A DNA stretch of 64,000 nt from Leucoraja ocellata (taxonomy: Eukaryota): NCBI GenBank assembly GCA_036785375.1, contig JAWMAR010000013.1, positions 1,426,001 through 1,490,000 of the forward strand, written 5' to 3'. Position 1 is the stretch's first letter, and every line of letters begins with the position of its first letter. Shown here in pieces: positions 1 through 13,000 of this stretch. The position numbers and the translations under genes were made by a program. Below the pieces are notes generated by a model that searched no databases, was not told the origin of the DNA, and saw only the letters and a program-made list of their open reading frames with translations.

Positions 1-2099
1 CACTCCAAGACAAAAGAAATCTAAAGTAATCTCAGCTGTGTCAAAGAGGAGAAGGTCTTTGTAAGGCTCAATAACATCATGGCCTCGTTTAGAAATGTTA
101 TGTGACGTCCAGAGTCAGCACAATAAACCTCACTTTGGTTTAACGCCTTTATTTAATTATCCTAAAAGGCAGTTATTGTGTTCATCTTATAGTTAGTGTC
201 GGCTATGTGATAGAATCTGTACAACATCTTAACCTAAAGCTCCTTCACTCTATTACAGATGTGAAATGCAAAAAGCTGCATTTGCTAAGTGATCGATGTG
301 TCCAAATTGCATCCCCAGAAAAACTGAATATCATCCTGTAATTTCAAGGAAAGTGTTGAAGCAATCTTAGTATTCTTACAATCTCTCGTTTGTTTGGCAT
401 CCTGAATAAACAAATGAAAGTCAGCTGTCTCATTCTGTACATTAATTTTACGTTAATATATGATACAAACAAATTAACCGTAACTCAAATTTTGGGATTG
501 CAATGTGCGATTAGCAACAAACATCAAACTAACACGTTGCCCTAATTCATTTAATATCCACTTTTAGTCTAAACTGGCAATGATTTTTTTTGTAAACTTT
601 AGAAGCCTCCTTCCCTGTATTAAGCAGCGGGTGTGCACTTTTCTACAAAGGGTCCTGACCGAAAACGGCACCTAACCATTTTCTCCAGAGATTTTCCTAA
701 TCTGCTGAGTTACTTCAGCACTTTGTGTTTATCTTTGGTACAAGCCAGCATTTACAGTTCCTTTTCATTACTTTAATATAAATATATCTTGCTAATATCA
801 TACAGCATTAAAATTTGTTCTCGAAAATATGCATCTAAAAGCACCCCACCCTATTATTACCACACTATCCCTATGCTCTATATCCTTAGCAGTGGGCAGG
901 AAATTCCCAACTACCCCTGGAATATCCACAACAAAAAAATATTCTGACAATTTGAAATGATGCTCTAACGTTCACTGTGAGGCATTAAATGCTATTTTCT
1001 CTAAGGTTTTGCGCAGTTTGTTAACATTCCAGACTCATTCAAATACACTCTCGCCATGCACTTTATTTGCACTAGTCTTAAGGTCAAAGAGCTAAAAGGA
1101 ATCATTCAGATGCAATGTAGGACAGACTGTTCTGAACCAAGAGTGGCGGCTGCGGGAGCCAAGATCGCCCCAACAACGGAAGGTTCGAGTGCCCCAAACG
1201 CGAGAGAACAAAGAAGGGAAGAAGATTGAACGTTTTTTTGCCTTCCATCCCAGTGAGGAATGTGGGGCAGTCGCTGTGGTGGATGTTCATGTTAAACATT
1301 TATTTGGGTGTCTTGTTGCTCTTCATTGGTAAGACTGTTTGGCAAATCAAATTCCTCGTATGTTGCAAAAACATACTTGGCTAATAGATTACTATTATGA
1401 TTATGATGATGATTAAACTCAATGATTTTCCTTGATCTGGATTTCTGTGGATAAGTCCCTTTCTGTGGAAAGTCCCCATTACATCCTCCAACTGTAAAGG
1501 AAGGTGAAAAGAAGTTCAATCTCTTCCCATCTTTGTTCTCCAGCGGTCGGGGCCTCGACCCTTCCATTGAAGGGGTAATCGGGCATTCTCCGTCGGGGTG
1601 ATCAAGCTCCTGCATCGGGGGGGGGGGGGGGGGAATCTCAGCTCCCCCGCGCTGAGCAATCTGACCGTTGGTCGGGGCCTGTCGAACCTTCTGCATCATT
1701 GGAGCTGCCGACATATACGATCTCTACCAGAGACTGCGAGCTCCTCGATGGTGAAATCCGCATACCTCGGTTGGAGCGATCCCAGGCAAGGGATCGGCTC
1801 CGATGGTAAGTCAGCGCCACGCAGTAGAGCTCAAAGTCAGTCCTCCTTTAGGAATGTTCATGGAAACATATTCCCTCATTATCATCTGCATTATCACGTA
1901 CAGTCACAATACCCAGCACCATCTCAGTGCTACCTCTCAGCACCCTTCCATCATCTCATCAAACTGTTTTCCTGATACTCAGTGCACGATGAGCAGAAAC
2001 GTTATCCCTCTCCTGGCAACCGTTCAAAACCAGACAGCACGCGTCCATGTTGTCATATACATTTTGGCATAAATGTGTTGCACCATTAATATAGCCAGT

Positions 2100-2700
2100 T
2101 GTAATGTTCCCAACACCATCCAAACCTCAACTCACCCATGCTGTTGGTGCCTCTGGAACTGAAAATCCTGTCGCACTCTTCGCCAGCATGTCTCCCCTTA
2201 CCTTCTAGTAATCTAAAAATGTATTGCCCCTGCCCTAACTGGCACCATGATCAGTTCACCCACCAGTGTCTATTGAGCTCTAGCCCCAACTCTTGGTCAA
2301 GTACTGCCTCGTTTTTTAAATTCTGATCCTTGTTTTCAGATGCCTCCATAACTTTCACCTATACCTCTACATCTCTGTAAATGTATCCAGTCCTATAATT
2401 CTTCTGAGACTTCTTCACAACTCCATATCTGGCCTAATAACCATCTGCAATCTTCATTGCATTCCCAGTGCAGCAGTGACTACAGCAGGAAGAATCCCTG
2501 TGCTCTGGAATCCTCTCACATTCACTCTCCTTTAAAGTAATCATAGTCATAGAATCACGGTCCTCAAAATGCTACGACTATTGAGTCGCAGCAACCATCT
2601 AACAACATATCTCCTCATGTGGCTCAGTGTCAATTTTGTTTGGTAATGCCCTTGCGAGGTGGCCCAGGGCATTGTGTGCTATTTAAATACAAGTTGTTAT
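2100..2700 (+). mobile_element. Old L2-type LINE 3' fragment
   Basis: TTTAAATTCTGATCCTTGTTTTCAGATGCCTCCAT...CTCTGGAATCCTCTC resembles the L2 ORF2 end; tail AAATACAAGTTGTT. Confidence 0.5.
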
Positions 2701-4087
2701 TGTCACAAACTGCTGCAGTAACTCAGCAAATTGGACAGCATCACTGCAGGACATGGATAAGTGACGTTTCGGGTCGGGACCCTTGTTCAGACTGATTGTA
2801 GTACGGGGAGAAAGCCAGAAAAGAAGTGAAGACAGGACAAAACCAGGCATAAATGGATACATACAAGTGAGGGGGTTTAATAGACATGTAGACAAAGGCC
2901 AAAGATGAAAAGCAGACAAAAGGCTGTGAGAGAAGGGGCAGAAAAGCAAGATATGTGAAGCCAGAGTAAGGCATGAAGGGTCTCAATCCGAAACGTTGCA
3001 TGTCCACGATCTCGAGATGCTGCCTGACCTGCTGAGCTACTCCAGCACTTTTCTGTTTTTTGCTTAAGATTCCAGCATCTATAATTCTTTGTTTTATTAT
3101 TATTGTTGATTTGTGGTATTCGGACATATTCAGTTTCATTTTTAAGGAGATGCATTTATTTTTGGGGTTTCCAGGTGGCTTCACATACTAAAGTATTTTA
3201 GAATTCTAGCCCAGAAATGTGTTAAGAGGTTCTGCAAATTTTGTGATAGTGTTACCTAATCCCAGATATAGGCCCTGCCCAGTTTCAAATTGCCAATTTA
3301 TGGACACCTGTACAAATGAACGAGCCACAACAATCAAGGGAAGGATGAAGCTGAGCAGAGCTGGCAGTGCTGAGCAGTAGCAATCGCTCACTCACCGAGT
3401 CAGTGAGACTGGCTGGCGACCACTCTCCCCATGCCTGCTCGCTCTCCCCTCCACCCAAGCTGTTTCTGTGATCCTCTGCCACGCATTGTTTTGTTCATTT
3501 ACAATTTAGGAAAAATTTGGGCTATGAACTGTTCTCAGGACTGGAACCCTTTCATAACCTTGGAATTGACAGTAGTCAACAAAAATGCAAGGGCTGGCCC
3601 ACTGACCATCAAGATTATATTATCCATCAATGGTCACGATTACGGAGCTTTGTGAAGCCAATAAGACACAAAGTGCAGGAGCAACTCAGCAGATCAGGCA
3701 GCATCTCTGGAGACCATGAGCAGACTTGACCATGATCATAGCCATGACTCAGCCATGATCATATTGAATGGCGGTGCAGGCTCGAAGGCCCGAATGGCCT
3801 ACTCCTGCACCTAATTTCCATGTTTGACATCACAGTGAGCAATGACAGTAATATTGATTTTAAAAATAAATTCAAGCACTTGACCAATTGCAGTAAAGCA
3901 AGTACCACGCAAAATGATTCAGAACACTTTTATTAAAATTTGACTTTGTTTAATTTTGATTATATTGTAAAATTTGATTAACAAGGGGTGGTAATGCCTT
4001 GAAACGTTATGTATACACCTGCATGGTTATAGAATTCTCACATTTGTATCTAAATATTCTCTGTTTAATCGAGGAAGAAATTATCAC

Positions 4088-4093
4088 TTTATT
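4088..4093 (-). terminator. Candidate polyadenylation signal (AATAAA) of the CPM-like gene; second copy at 3929-3934
   Basis: tttatt on the plus strand ~150 nt downstream of the stop codon. Confidence 0.45.
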
Positions 4094-4245
4094 CTAAGTG
4101 ACATTTTGCCAGGTTTAGCAGATTGTTTCCTTTTTTTCTTTGCTTCTTTCTCATGTTAGAGACCCAGATCCAACTCAGCAGTTGTGAAGCATTAGAACTT
4201 TTTAAGATCTCTCAGCACTAACTTAAATCTATGTTCTACAATAGA

Positions 4246-4368
4246 TCAGGTTTGTTGACTTTCATCAAGTTTTGTAAGTATAAAGTCAGAAACTACAGCT
4301 GAGCTTGAGCTTGTTCCATCAAACACATCCACTGTCTTGTTCATAGATTTAAAACCTTTGGCTTCAAC
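4246..4368 (-). CDS. CPM: CPM-like last coding exon ([40 protein letters not shown])
   Basis: ttttctcggcag| acceptor in phase 0; VxAxGF...DF.L pattern ends the M14B transthyretin-like domain; TGA at 4246-4248. Confidence 0.8.
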   Translation of the reverse strand, partial: VEAKGFKSMNKTVDVFDGTSSSSAVVSDFILTKLDESQQT

Positions 4369-7300
4369 CTGCCGAGAAAAAATCAATGATGATAATTCAC
4401 TGCGGATTAGTCAGGTAAAGCAAAGTTAGAGTTACTCAAATCTCAACGTATGGATTTAAAAAGTTTGATTATCAAACTATATTTGGGCCTCTTTCACCTC
4501 CATTCCCCTACTGTTCACATCTGCCCACATCCCTCCCTTCTCTGGTTCCACTCATCAGCTTCCTTTTATTTCAGACTGTACAATCTGCAGTCCTCTGTAG
4601 TCTCCACTTATCACCTCCCAGCCTTGGTCACTTTCTCCACTCCTCCCTTCCCCCACCGAACTACATCTGGCCATCATCTACCTCCTTACCTTGTTCTACT
4701 GATCATTTCTCAACTCCATCCTTACCTCCACCCCTCTATCCCTATAATGACAATTTCCCTTCTATAACCTCAGCTCTGTAGTAGGGCCTCAACCTAAAAT
4801 ATCAACTATTCCTTTTCCCCCACACATGCTGCCTGACCTGCTGAATTTCACCAGTTTTTTTGCTCTAGGAATTCCTTCACCTAGGAGAGCATGTGGGGAT
4901 TCAGTTTGTTGAATGCATTCAAGAGCAGCGGTCGATAGTAAATTAGAGATGTGGGGTCAGTGTAAGAATGTCACTGCAGTGAAAGCTCAGCCAACGTCTT
5001 ATTGAGTGACAAAGGAGGCAGAGACTGACTGCCCTCCTCCTGCGTCTGATAGATAGTTTACGCTAAAACATAGGCGGTTTCCAAAAGCTCCTCACTACCA
5101 GCTTTGTGTAGTGGTTTAGAGTGCAGTTGACTCAAGTCAGGAGGAAGCAGGGTTAGAGAGTAAGGTAGGTGAGGGAAGGATTAGGGAATCAGTATATGTG
5201 TTGGTGACCGAGTCTACATGCAGTGAGAGGATGTGCAGCTGCCTGTCTCTGGGCCCATGTACGTGTATGCATGAACACATACAGCAGACTGATCTCGAAT
5301 TATCTTTGACCACCTTGTAACTAGACTAAAGCCTTGCTCAGTCAATACTGTATGTATGCCCACATGCAAAAGCTATCACATCTGTCATTCCTCACCATAG
5401 TGAAAGCAGGTTGTCCTTAAATGCAAGGTTTTTGCCAAAAGAATCTATCCTCAACATTCAGTCCTCCTACACCTTAATACAATTTGTAGCCAAACAACTC
5501 AGTCATAAACAAAACATTGTTTTAAAAACAGAGGTAGGGATAACTTTTAAATTAAATATATCCCCCCTGCCCCCCTCATGCCCTCCCCCCCAACAATTCC
5601 TGATTAATGAGTGGAAACTTGAATATAAACCCTTACCATAAGTGTGTACTCCCCAGGTACCAGAAGTCTATAATATTCTCCCAGTTTACTGGTTTGAAAT
5701 GGGATGAGATTCTTCCTGCCAAATACATTTACAGTTGCTTTGGAAACAGGGCCGTTATCTTGATCCAGAACTCTGCCCTTTATTCCTGAAAGGTGAAGGT
5801 GTATAAATTACTTTTCATGTATTGAAGCATTCTAAACATCACTGTTTCAATTTGAAGTCAATCGGGTCAACCATCAAAATGAGTGGTTCTGATTTCTGAT
5901 TCTCATATTCTCAGCCGATGCTCTCACACGCCTACAGAAGATGTTTGTGGAACAGATGATCTCTACAACTGTACATTATTCTGTTCTGAAAGTGACAGAA
6001 ATATTGATAACAAATTATCATATTATCCAAATTGAACCAAGCTGATTACAACTTTCTATAGGTGTTGTTTTTCCCTCCATACTGGGACATTAACCTCTGT
6101 AAAATGAATTTCTGGAACACTGCAGGCCAATAATCTTTCTGATGAAAATGTACAGAACTGAAACACTGATTTTTCTCTACGCAGTTATATCCTGAGCTGC
6201 TGCGCATTTCCAGCTGATACGGCTTCTATTTTAGATTTCCAGCATCTATAGTTCTTGCTATTTTAATAACCAAGAGTAGTATAACGGATAGAAGGGTCTC
6301 TAATTGAAATGTAAACTAGTGAAGTTGCCAAATTAACTTAATCTATTAAAAAATATAATTTAACATTTTATTTTTAAATGAAAGCATCTGGTATTGACTA
6401 TGTTAGAATTCATGTAACCCACCAATCTGTCTATGTTTATTACTTGATCAGTTTGAAGAAGGGTCATAGAAACATAGAAAATAGGTGCAGGAGTAGGCCA
6501 TTCGGCCCCTCGAGCTTGCACCGTCATTCAATATGATCATGGCTGATCATCCAACTCAGTATCCTGTACCTGCCTTCTCTCCATACCCCATGAACCCTTA
6601 AGCCACAAGGGCCACATCTAACTCCCTCTTAAATATAGACAGTATCTCCACCCTGAAATCTCCACCCGAAACATCACCCATTCCTTCTCTCCAGAGATGC
6701 TGCCTCCCGCTGAGTTATTCCAGCATTTTGTGTCTATCTTATGTTTTTTACCGCAGACTATTCAGATTGCGCACACTATTCAGATTATGTTAGCTGGAGT
6801 GTTACACAAATACCACAAACTTGTTGCTTTACACCTGCAGTTTCACTCAGAGGTTTTTGTTGTGCTCTGGTTTTATTTTTACACCAATAATTATAGGCTG
6901 ATCAATGGCCCCTCATGTAAGATGCACTCAATTTATATTTGTGCAGTAAAATCCACAGCAGCGCCAGCTCCTCATTAGTTCTAGTTCCTGGGGTTGGTTT
7001 CTTATTTACTCCCTGCCTACAAAGCATTACCTGCACAAACATTTTCATACAAGATGAGGCTGATTGATTTTCTAAATATCAGCATTCGTGGAAGATCACG
7101 GAGACTAGATCTGACCCAGTCCCTTCGCAGCACCATGAGCTGCTTTAATGCATTAATGTGCTATATTAACTGATGTTAAATTTAGAGATACAGCATGAAA
7201 ACAACCCTTCAGCCCACCAAGTCCATGCCGACCATCGATCACCCGTTCACAATAATTCTATGTTATCCAACATTCGCATCCACTGCCTACATACCTGGGG

Positions 7301-10014
7301 CAATTTACAGAGGCCAATTAACCTACAAACCCGCACGTCTTTGGATGTGGGAGGAAACTGGAGCATCCAGAGAAAAACCTACATGGCGACAAGGCGAGCA
7401 TACAAACTCCACCCAGGTCAGGATTGAACCCAGGTCTCTGGCGCTGTGAGGCAGCAGCTTTATCAGCTGTCATTTTCCATCCTCACCCGTGTTCACCGGC
7501 AGGCAGAGTAATCACAACAATCGTAGGCACATCCGCCACAATTTCACACTCTGTTCTCCCTGAACACAACAAAAAATCGGGGAATTTCCCATTGGAAAAC
7601 ATTAACAAAAGTCAGTGTTCAATAAACTGCTCTCAAAAGCCTTTGAGATGATAGTGTCACGGCGAGCGTGTACCCAGATGGGCTTGCTTGAGCAAGGCGA
7701 TGAGTGATGCTTTGTTCTGATCCAGAAGTGTGGTAGTTGTGCAGCCGGTGGATACTTGCAACAAGACAGTTCTACTGTCACCTCGAAGCACTGCCCCCAC
7801 ACGTAATTGTAGTCTTGCATTCCACCTAGTGACAGATATTGAAAACTGTCAGGCTCACATACTTGAAGTCAGCACAAATAAATCTTCACACACAATTTGC
7901 TATACAACATGGTCCTTTTTATATCTGAACCAGATATTCAGGTAGATTATAAAACAAGATTAGCTGGAAAGTAACTGACTGTTAACGCATCAAAAAGCAT
8001 TTTTTAACAGAGACATTTGTTATGAGGGTATGATCTTGAACTCTTTGACTCTCTAAGCACCAGCTCATTGTATTCCATGTTCATTGTTGCCTTGGTCAGT
8101 GTATAAGATTCATGAGCTGGCAACAAATGCTTCTAGTACAAAAACCGTCCTTAGAACCACATAATAAAACACATAAAAAGACCTCGCTTCATCTCACCCT
8201 AACAATGTATCATTTTCATAATTGAATCATCAGTTCACTAATAATTCTTGTTCAGTATTCAAGCACCAAATTAGCGGTGCTGGGCTTCATGACAGGTTTT
8301 GACCAAGATACTGGAAGTCCAGGGGTAATAATGGGTGGGTGGAATGACATTAATGGAATTCATGTTGTAACCATGCATCAGTGAGTTCAGGATCTTGGCC
8401 AAGTATTTCTGTTAAAGGGCAGGGAGATGAGAACATGAAACACCCAGAGACCGTCTCCATAATTGCTGCACGGTTACAGAAATGATAGGTAGGTATATCT
8501 CCAAGTCTGTGTTAGCACAGATCAATAGCACCTAGATGCCACAAAGCTAGGGGAGAAATAAAATCTGAAGTTGAAAGCAGAAATAATATAAATAACGAAT
8601 AAATAATGAATAACATAACTAATGTACCTTTGAAAATTGGTTTTGCTTTTTATAATTCCAGTGGCCATAAACACCTTTGTCTTATTCATGGGGTGGTCAC
8701 TGACAACACCAGCATTTATTGCCTATCCTATTTCTCCTTGAACTGAGTGACTAGTTAGGCCATTCTGGAAGGTATTATGTCAACTCAGATTCTATAAAAT
8801 GAAATTCAATATAAGCCAGAACAGATTTGCTTTCTAAAATCCTTCAGTAAGCTAATGGCTGTATAAACACCAATTCTTTTTCTGGTCTTCATGATGGATA
8901 CTGGCTTTCTAGAGACCGTGTATCCCCGTTCCCTAACTCCAACAATCTGTGCTATGATTCAAAAGATGTGCTAATTCATAATGCCTTATGACAAACTGTA
9001 AACTCTCCAAATCCCATGATGGAAAATAGTCAGAAAGTTGCAACAAGTGAACAGCATGTTCCATGACCGAGCTGTGAATTGGCATTCTGTGTAAATGTCT
9101 TGCCTGCTATGCTGTACCACTTGGCTCCATTTGTCACACCATCTAAGAATTTCATCTTGCACAGATTTCCTTTGTACATGGTTTTGTGGTTAAAGGAGTA
9201 TGTTTTTGCCAATATTTAAATACGTCATCATCCGGACTCCGGCTGTAGTTGGTGCTACCTGCGAAGGATAATGAACAGAAATGCTACTTAACATTCATTT
9301 CATAGTGAAAATAAAACTCAGGAAAGGAAACAGGATTTTGCCAAAAAACAACACAACAAACAATAAACACAAAATGTTTTTGGGCTCAAAACATCAAAGC
9401 AAAGTCAAAAAGTTACTCAACGGCACAAAAGGCTGAACTAATAAAAACCTTCCAATTGGACCAAGCTCAAACTCATTTCAATCGGATAGTCTCTAGCAAA
9501 GAAAATTTAAGGCTATTGGACTAATTGATCTATGTTGGCCATAGTGTACCAATTATTGGTTATTGGGTAATTCTTGTAAATGTACCAAGATACAATTAAA
9601 AATAATGTTTTGCATATTATCCAGGCAAATCATGTCATATGTGCGAGCATCAGGTAGTGCAAACAAAGAAGATAAACAGAATGCAGAATATAGTGTTATA
9701 GACAAAGTGCAGATAAAAAAGTTCAAGAACAGCAATGGGGTAGATTGGAAGATCAGGAATTATCCCGAGCATGAGATGCCTAAGATAGGCACAGAATGCT
9801 GGAGTAATTCAGTGGGTTCGGCAGCATCTCTGGAGAAAATTAATAGGTGACATTTTGGGTCAGGACCCTTCTTCAGACTGTTTTGAAGGGGAGAGAGACC
9901 TAGAAGTGAGTCTGGCTCCTGTGATGGAGACAGAGAAATCAAGAAAGGGGAAAGAGGTGTCAGAGATAATTCAGGTGTCTAATAAGAGATACCTAATCAG
10001 CAACCTGGTAACAG

Positions 10015-10052
<38 letters not shown>

Positions 10053-13000
10053 CGGGGGGGACTATTCTTGAATCTGCTGGTGAGTGCTTTCTAGCTTTTG
10101 TATCTTCCACCCAATGGAGAAGGGGCGAAGAGGGAATGACTGAGAGAGGGAGAAAAGAGAATAACAATTGTTATCTAGAACATAATGGTATATTATGAAG
10201 GCTAGATGTAAATCTGCAATGGTTCAAACACTCAATCATCATTAGTGAGAATGCTGGCGTTTGACCATTGGATGAAGATCAAAGATTAAGATTCAAGAAC
10301 ATGAAACACAAAGACATTGCTCCACATTAAGGATGTTAGGAATATTTGGTGAGTGAGTGAGTGAGTGAGTGAGTGAGTGAGTGAGTGAGTGAGTGAGTGA
10401 GTGAGAGAGAATCCCATAGCAGTGAGAATGACTTGCTTCCATTAAAGTAAAGAGCTGGAAATGAGTGTACTAGATTGAAGTGGCCTTTGCACACCAACTA
10501 CCACAAGAGTCTTGAGGTCTTATTCCAATGGCAGTCACGGTGGCACAGCGGTAGAGTTGCTGCCTTACAGCAAAATGCTGCGCCATGGTCCCGGGTTCGA
10601 TCCCGACTATGGGTGCTGTCTGTATGGAGTTTGTACGTTCTCCCCGTGATCTGCGTGGGTTTTCTCCGAGATCTTCGGTTTCCTCCCACACTCCAAAGAC
10701 GTGCAGGTTTGTAGGTTATTGGCTTGATAAAAATGTAAAATTGTCCAAGTTGGCGACATGCAGAGTACTGCCCTGCCGACTACAACATTCAGAAGGTTCA
10801 GAAGGTTCAGAATGGCAATGAGCTCCAAGACAGTTGGATATCTGCACATACTGCAGCTGCAACACTTCTCATTTGCACACCTTCCTGCCTGAAACTCCTT
10901 CCTGTGCCCCCACCTCCACCCTTTCTCCTTCTGTTTCCCTCAATCTACTTGCCTCACTCCCCTTCCTGTTCTCTCCCTCTCCTCTACAGTCCCCTACTTG
11001 GTTCTTACACAACACATATTGTCTTTCCAATATCACAACAAATAGATAACCACAGATACAGTCAATGAGCACTATCTTGGTCCCACCGTTGGACAAGGGC
11101 AGCTGAATCAGGCACCATAACAGGGAGTTTATGCAGGTAAATGGGATCATTTAACAGATTAATCTGCAATGCGAGTAGGCGAGGAAGATTGTTTTTCTAA
11201 TTCATTCATGGAAAAGAGGCAGCACTGACACTGACATTTACCCCTCATCCCTCTCTGCCCTTGAGTTGGTGGTCAGTCACCTCTTGAACTGTTATAGTCT
11301 TAGAGATGAAGTTGCCCCCACAGTAATGTTAGACTAAGAAATTCCAGGACAATGGTGAAGGAACAACAGAGGATGGTTTAGAACGAAAGAGTGAAATGTA
11401 ATTCCAACAGGATCGAGGAGGGGGACGTAGTTACAATGGGCCACATGGCCTCATTCTGGGCTGTGTTGTTCCACAATTCTATTTTAGATTTGCTACTGAA
11501 TATATCCTCATGTTAAACAAATGTTTATTGCCAGATCTGTAGCACCTTTGTCCTCTGCCCCAAAGTCACGCAAAAATCAGCAACTCTTCATGGCTGGACA
11601 AATTGTCTCTTTTCTTGCTTTTAGAATTTGAGAAATCGGATTGCTTTGTGAAGTGTCACGGCTACATTCACAATGGTGCTGGCACTTGCTTTTCCCGTCT
11701 CTTGCTGTTTGTTAACATGAGGATATATTTTTTTCAACACACTTTGCCAGCCATTATGGGATCTTCACAGAGACTGTCAGCTCCAAGTCAAGCAAAACTT
11801 CAAGCAGTCCAGCGACATTGTGATCAGTGGAATGTCAGCTGCAAACAAAAATTGATGTTCATTTTGGACATTCTGCTGTGTGTGTCACTGGGGTCTAGGC
11901 TTAGTTAGATGTGAGACAGCTTCTGAACAGGAATTCAAAATTACCCAAACTGTTCAGAATTGACACAGGATCAAGCCTTTCATTCAGGCTCCTGATCAGC
12001 ACATCCACAAAAATCTTACAATCCTCTCTTGGCACTGTCAGCTTTTCCTTCCGTGTACAGAAGGTTGTTATCTCTGGCTTCCTCTGCTGGGTATCCCGTG
12101 GTGATTCATCACCGTCTGCACTCTTTTCACTGCCAAGTTATGCATGGCTTCAACATCAGAGAAACTGACAGTCTCCTTTTCAAATGCCCATGTTAGAGTA
12201 TTCAGCTTTGCCAAGGGACTTTGGGCAGCAGGTTGGTGTTTGGATCTGTTCTTTTACCCATAGGGCCCCTCAGGTTATTAAAAGTGCTTCTTATAGCATC
12301 CCATCATTATTGTCACTGCTTACAGCAAACTTGCCTCAGGTGCAAAAGTTGTCTCGGTTTGTTTTATCATTCAGGTTCTTTAAATGAGCTCCTAGACTGC
12401 TCCTTCCACGCAGCAAAGGGGCGTGATTCCCATCCCATTGTAATTAGCTCATTCACGACCTACAATGCCGCAATAAGCTTAAGCCTTTCACGTGGTGAGG
12501 CAGTGACCTGCAGATCAATGCAGAGTGTTTGCTGGAAGATGCTGTGCACATAGGAATCTTCTACCTACACACACAGGGTTAACCCATTCAGCTTTCACTG
12601 TTTATCCATTCATATTGATAGCATTTTGGCTGTTGCACATTGTACAATGCCTCACATTATACCACTAATAATTCAGTTTACTAGTGCCTGAAACTATGCT
12701 CACTGCAGGAGCGTATAAATTGCTTGCTCTATCAATTGATATTGATATGTGGGGATCGGTGTTTGTTACCAGCTAGTGCGCATTTCCTAGCTCAAATAAA
12801 TGTAACTAAACCAATGGCAGACATTTGTGCCATTTTGAAAATGCACAGCAGTAATTTCCCAAAGTTTCTGCCTCTCCCAAACCCATGTGATGAGGACAGT
12901 AGGTGTTTAAGGTGAAGTAACATCCCTTCCCCCACTCCCCCCCCCCCCCCCTCCTCGCCCCCATGGAAATATATCACCATATTGTTGTGGTAGAATCTTG

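Noticed and set aside
1102-1975. Cluster of overlapping GC-rich ORFs
   Set aside because: No recognisable protein or splice structure; includes a poly-G run and looks like an unclassified interspersed repeat
3206-3391. Hydrophobic minus-strand ORF (SALPALLSFILPLIVVA) as an alternative GPI-signal exon for the CPM-like gene
   Set aside because: An in-frame TGA lies immediately upstream, there is no polypyrimidine acceptor, and ~40 more residues follow the hydrophobic run
8440-8550. Faint resemblance to a Harbinger transposase motif (VLAQINST versus VIGAIDGT)
   Set aside because: Too short and degenerate to support
10534-10607. tRNA gene (A and B boxes)
   Set aside because: It is the tRNA-derived head of a V-SINE; no cloverleaf, and the V-domain follows
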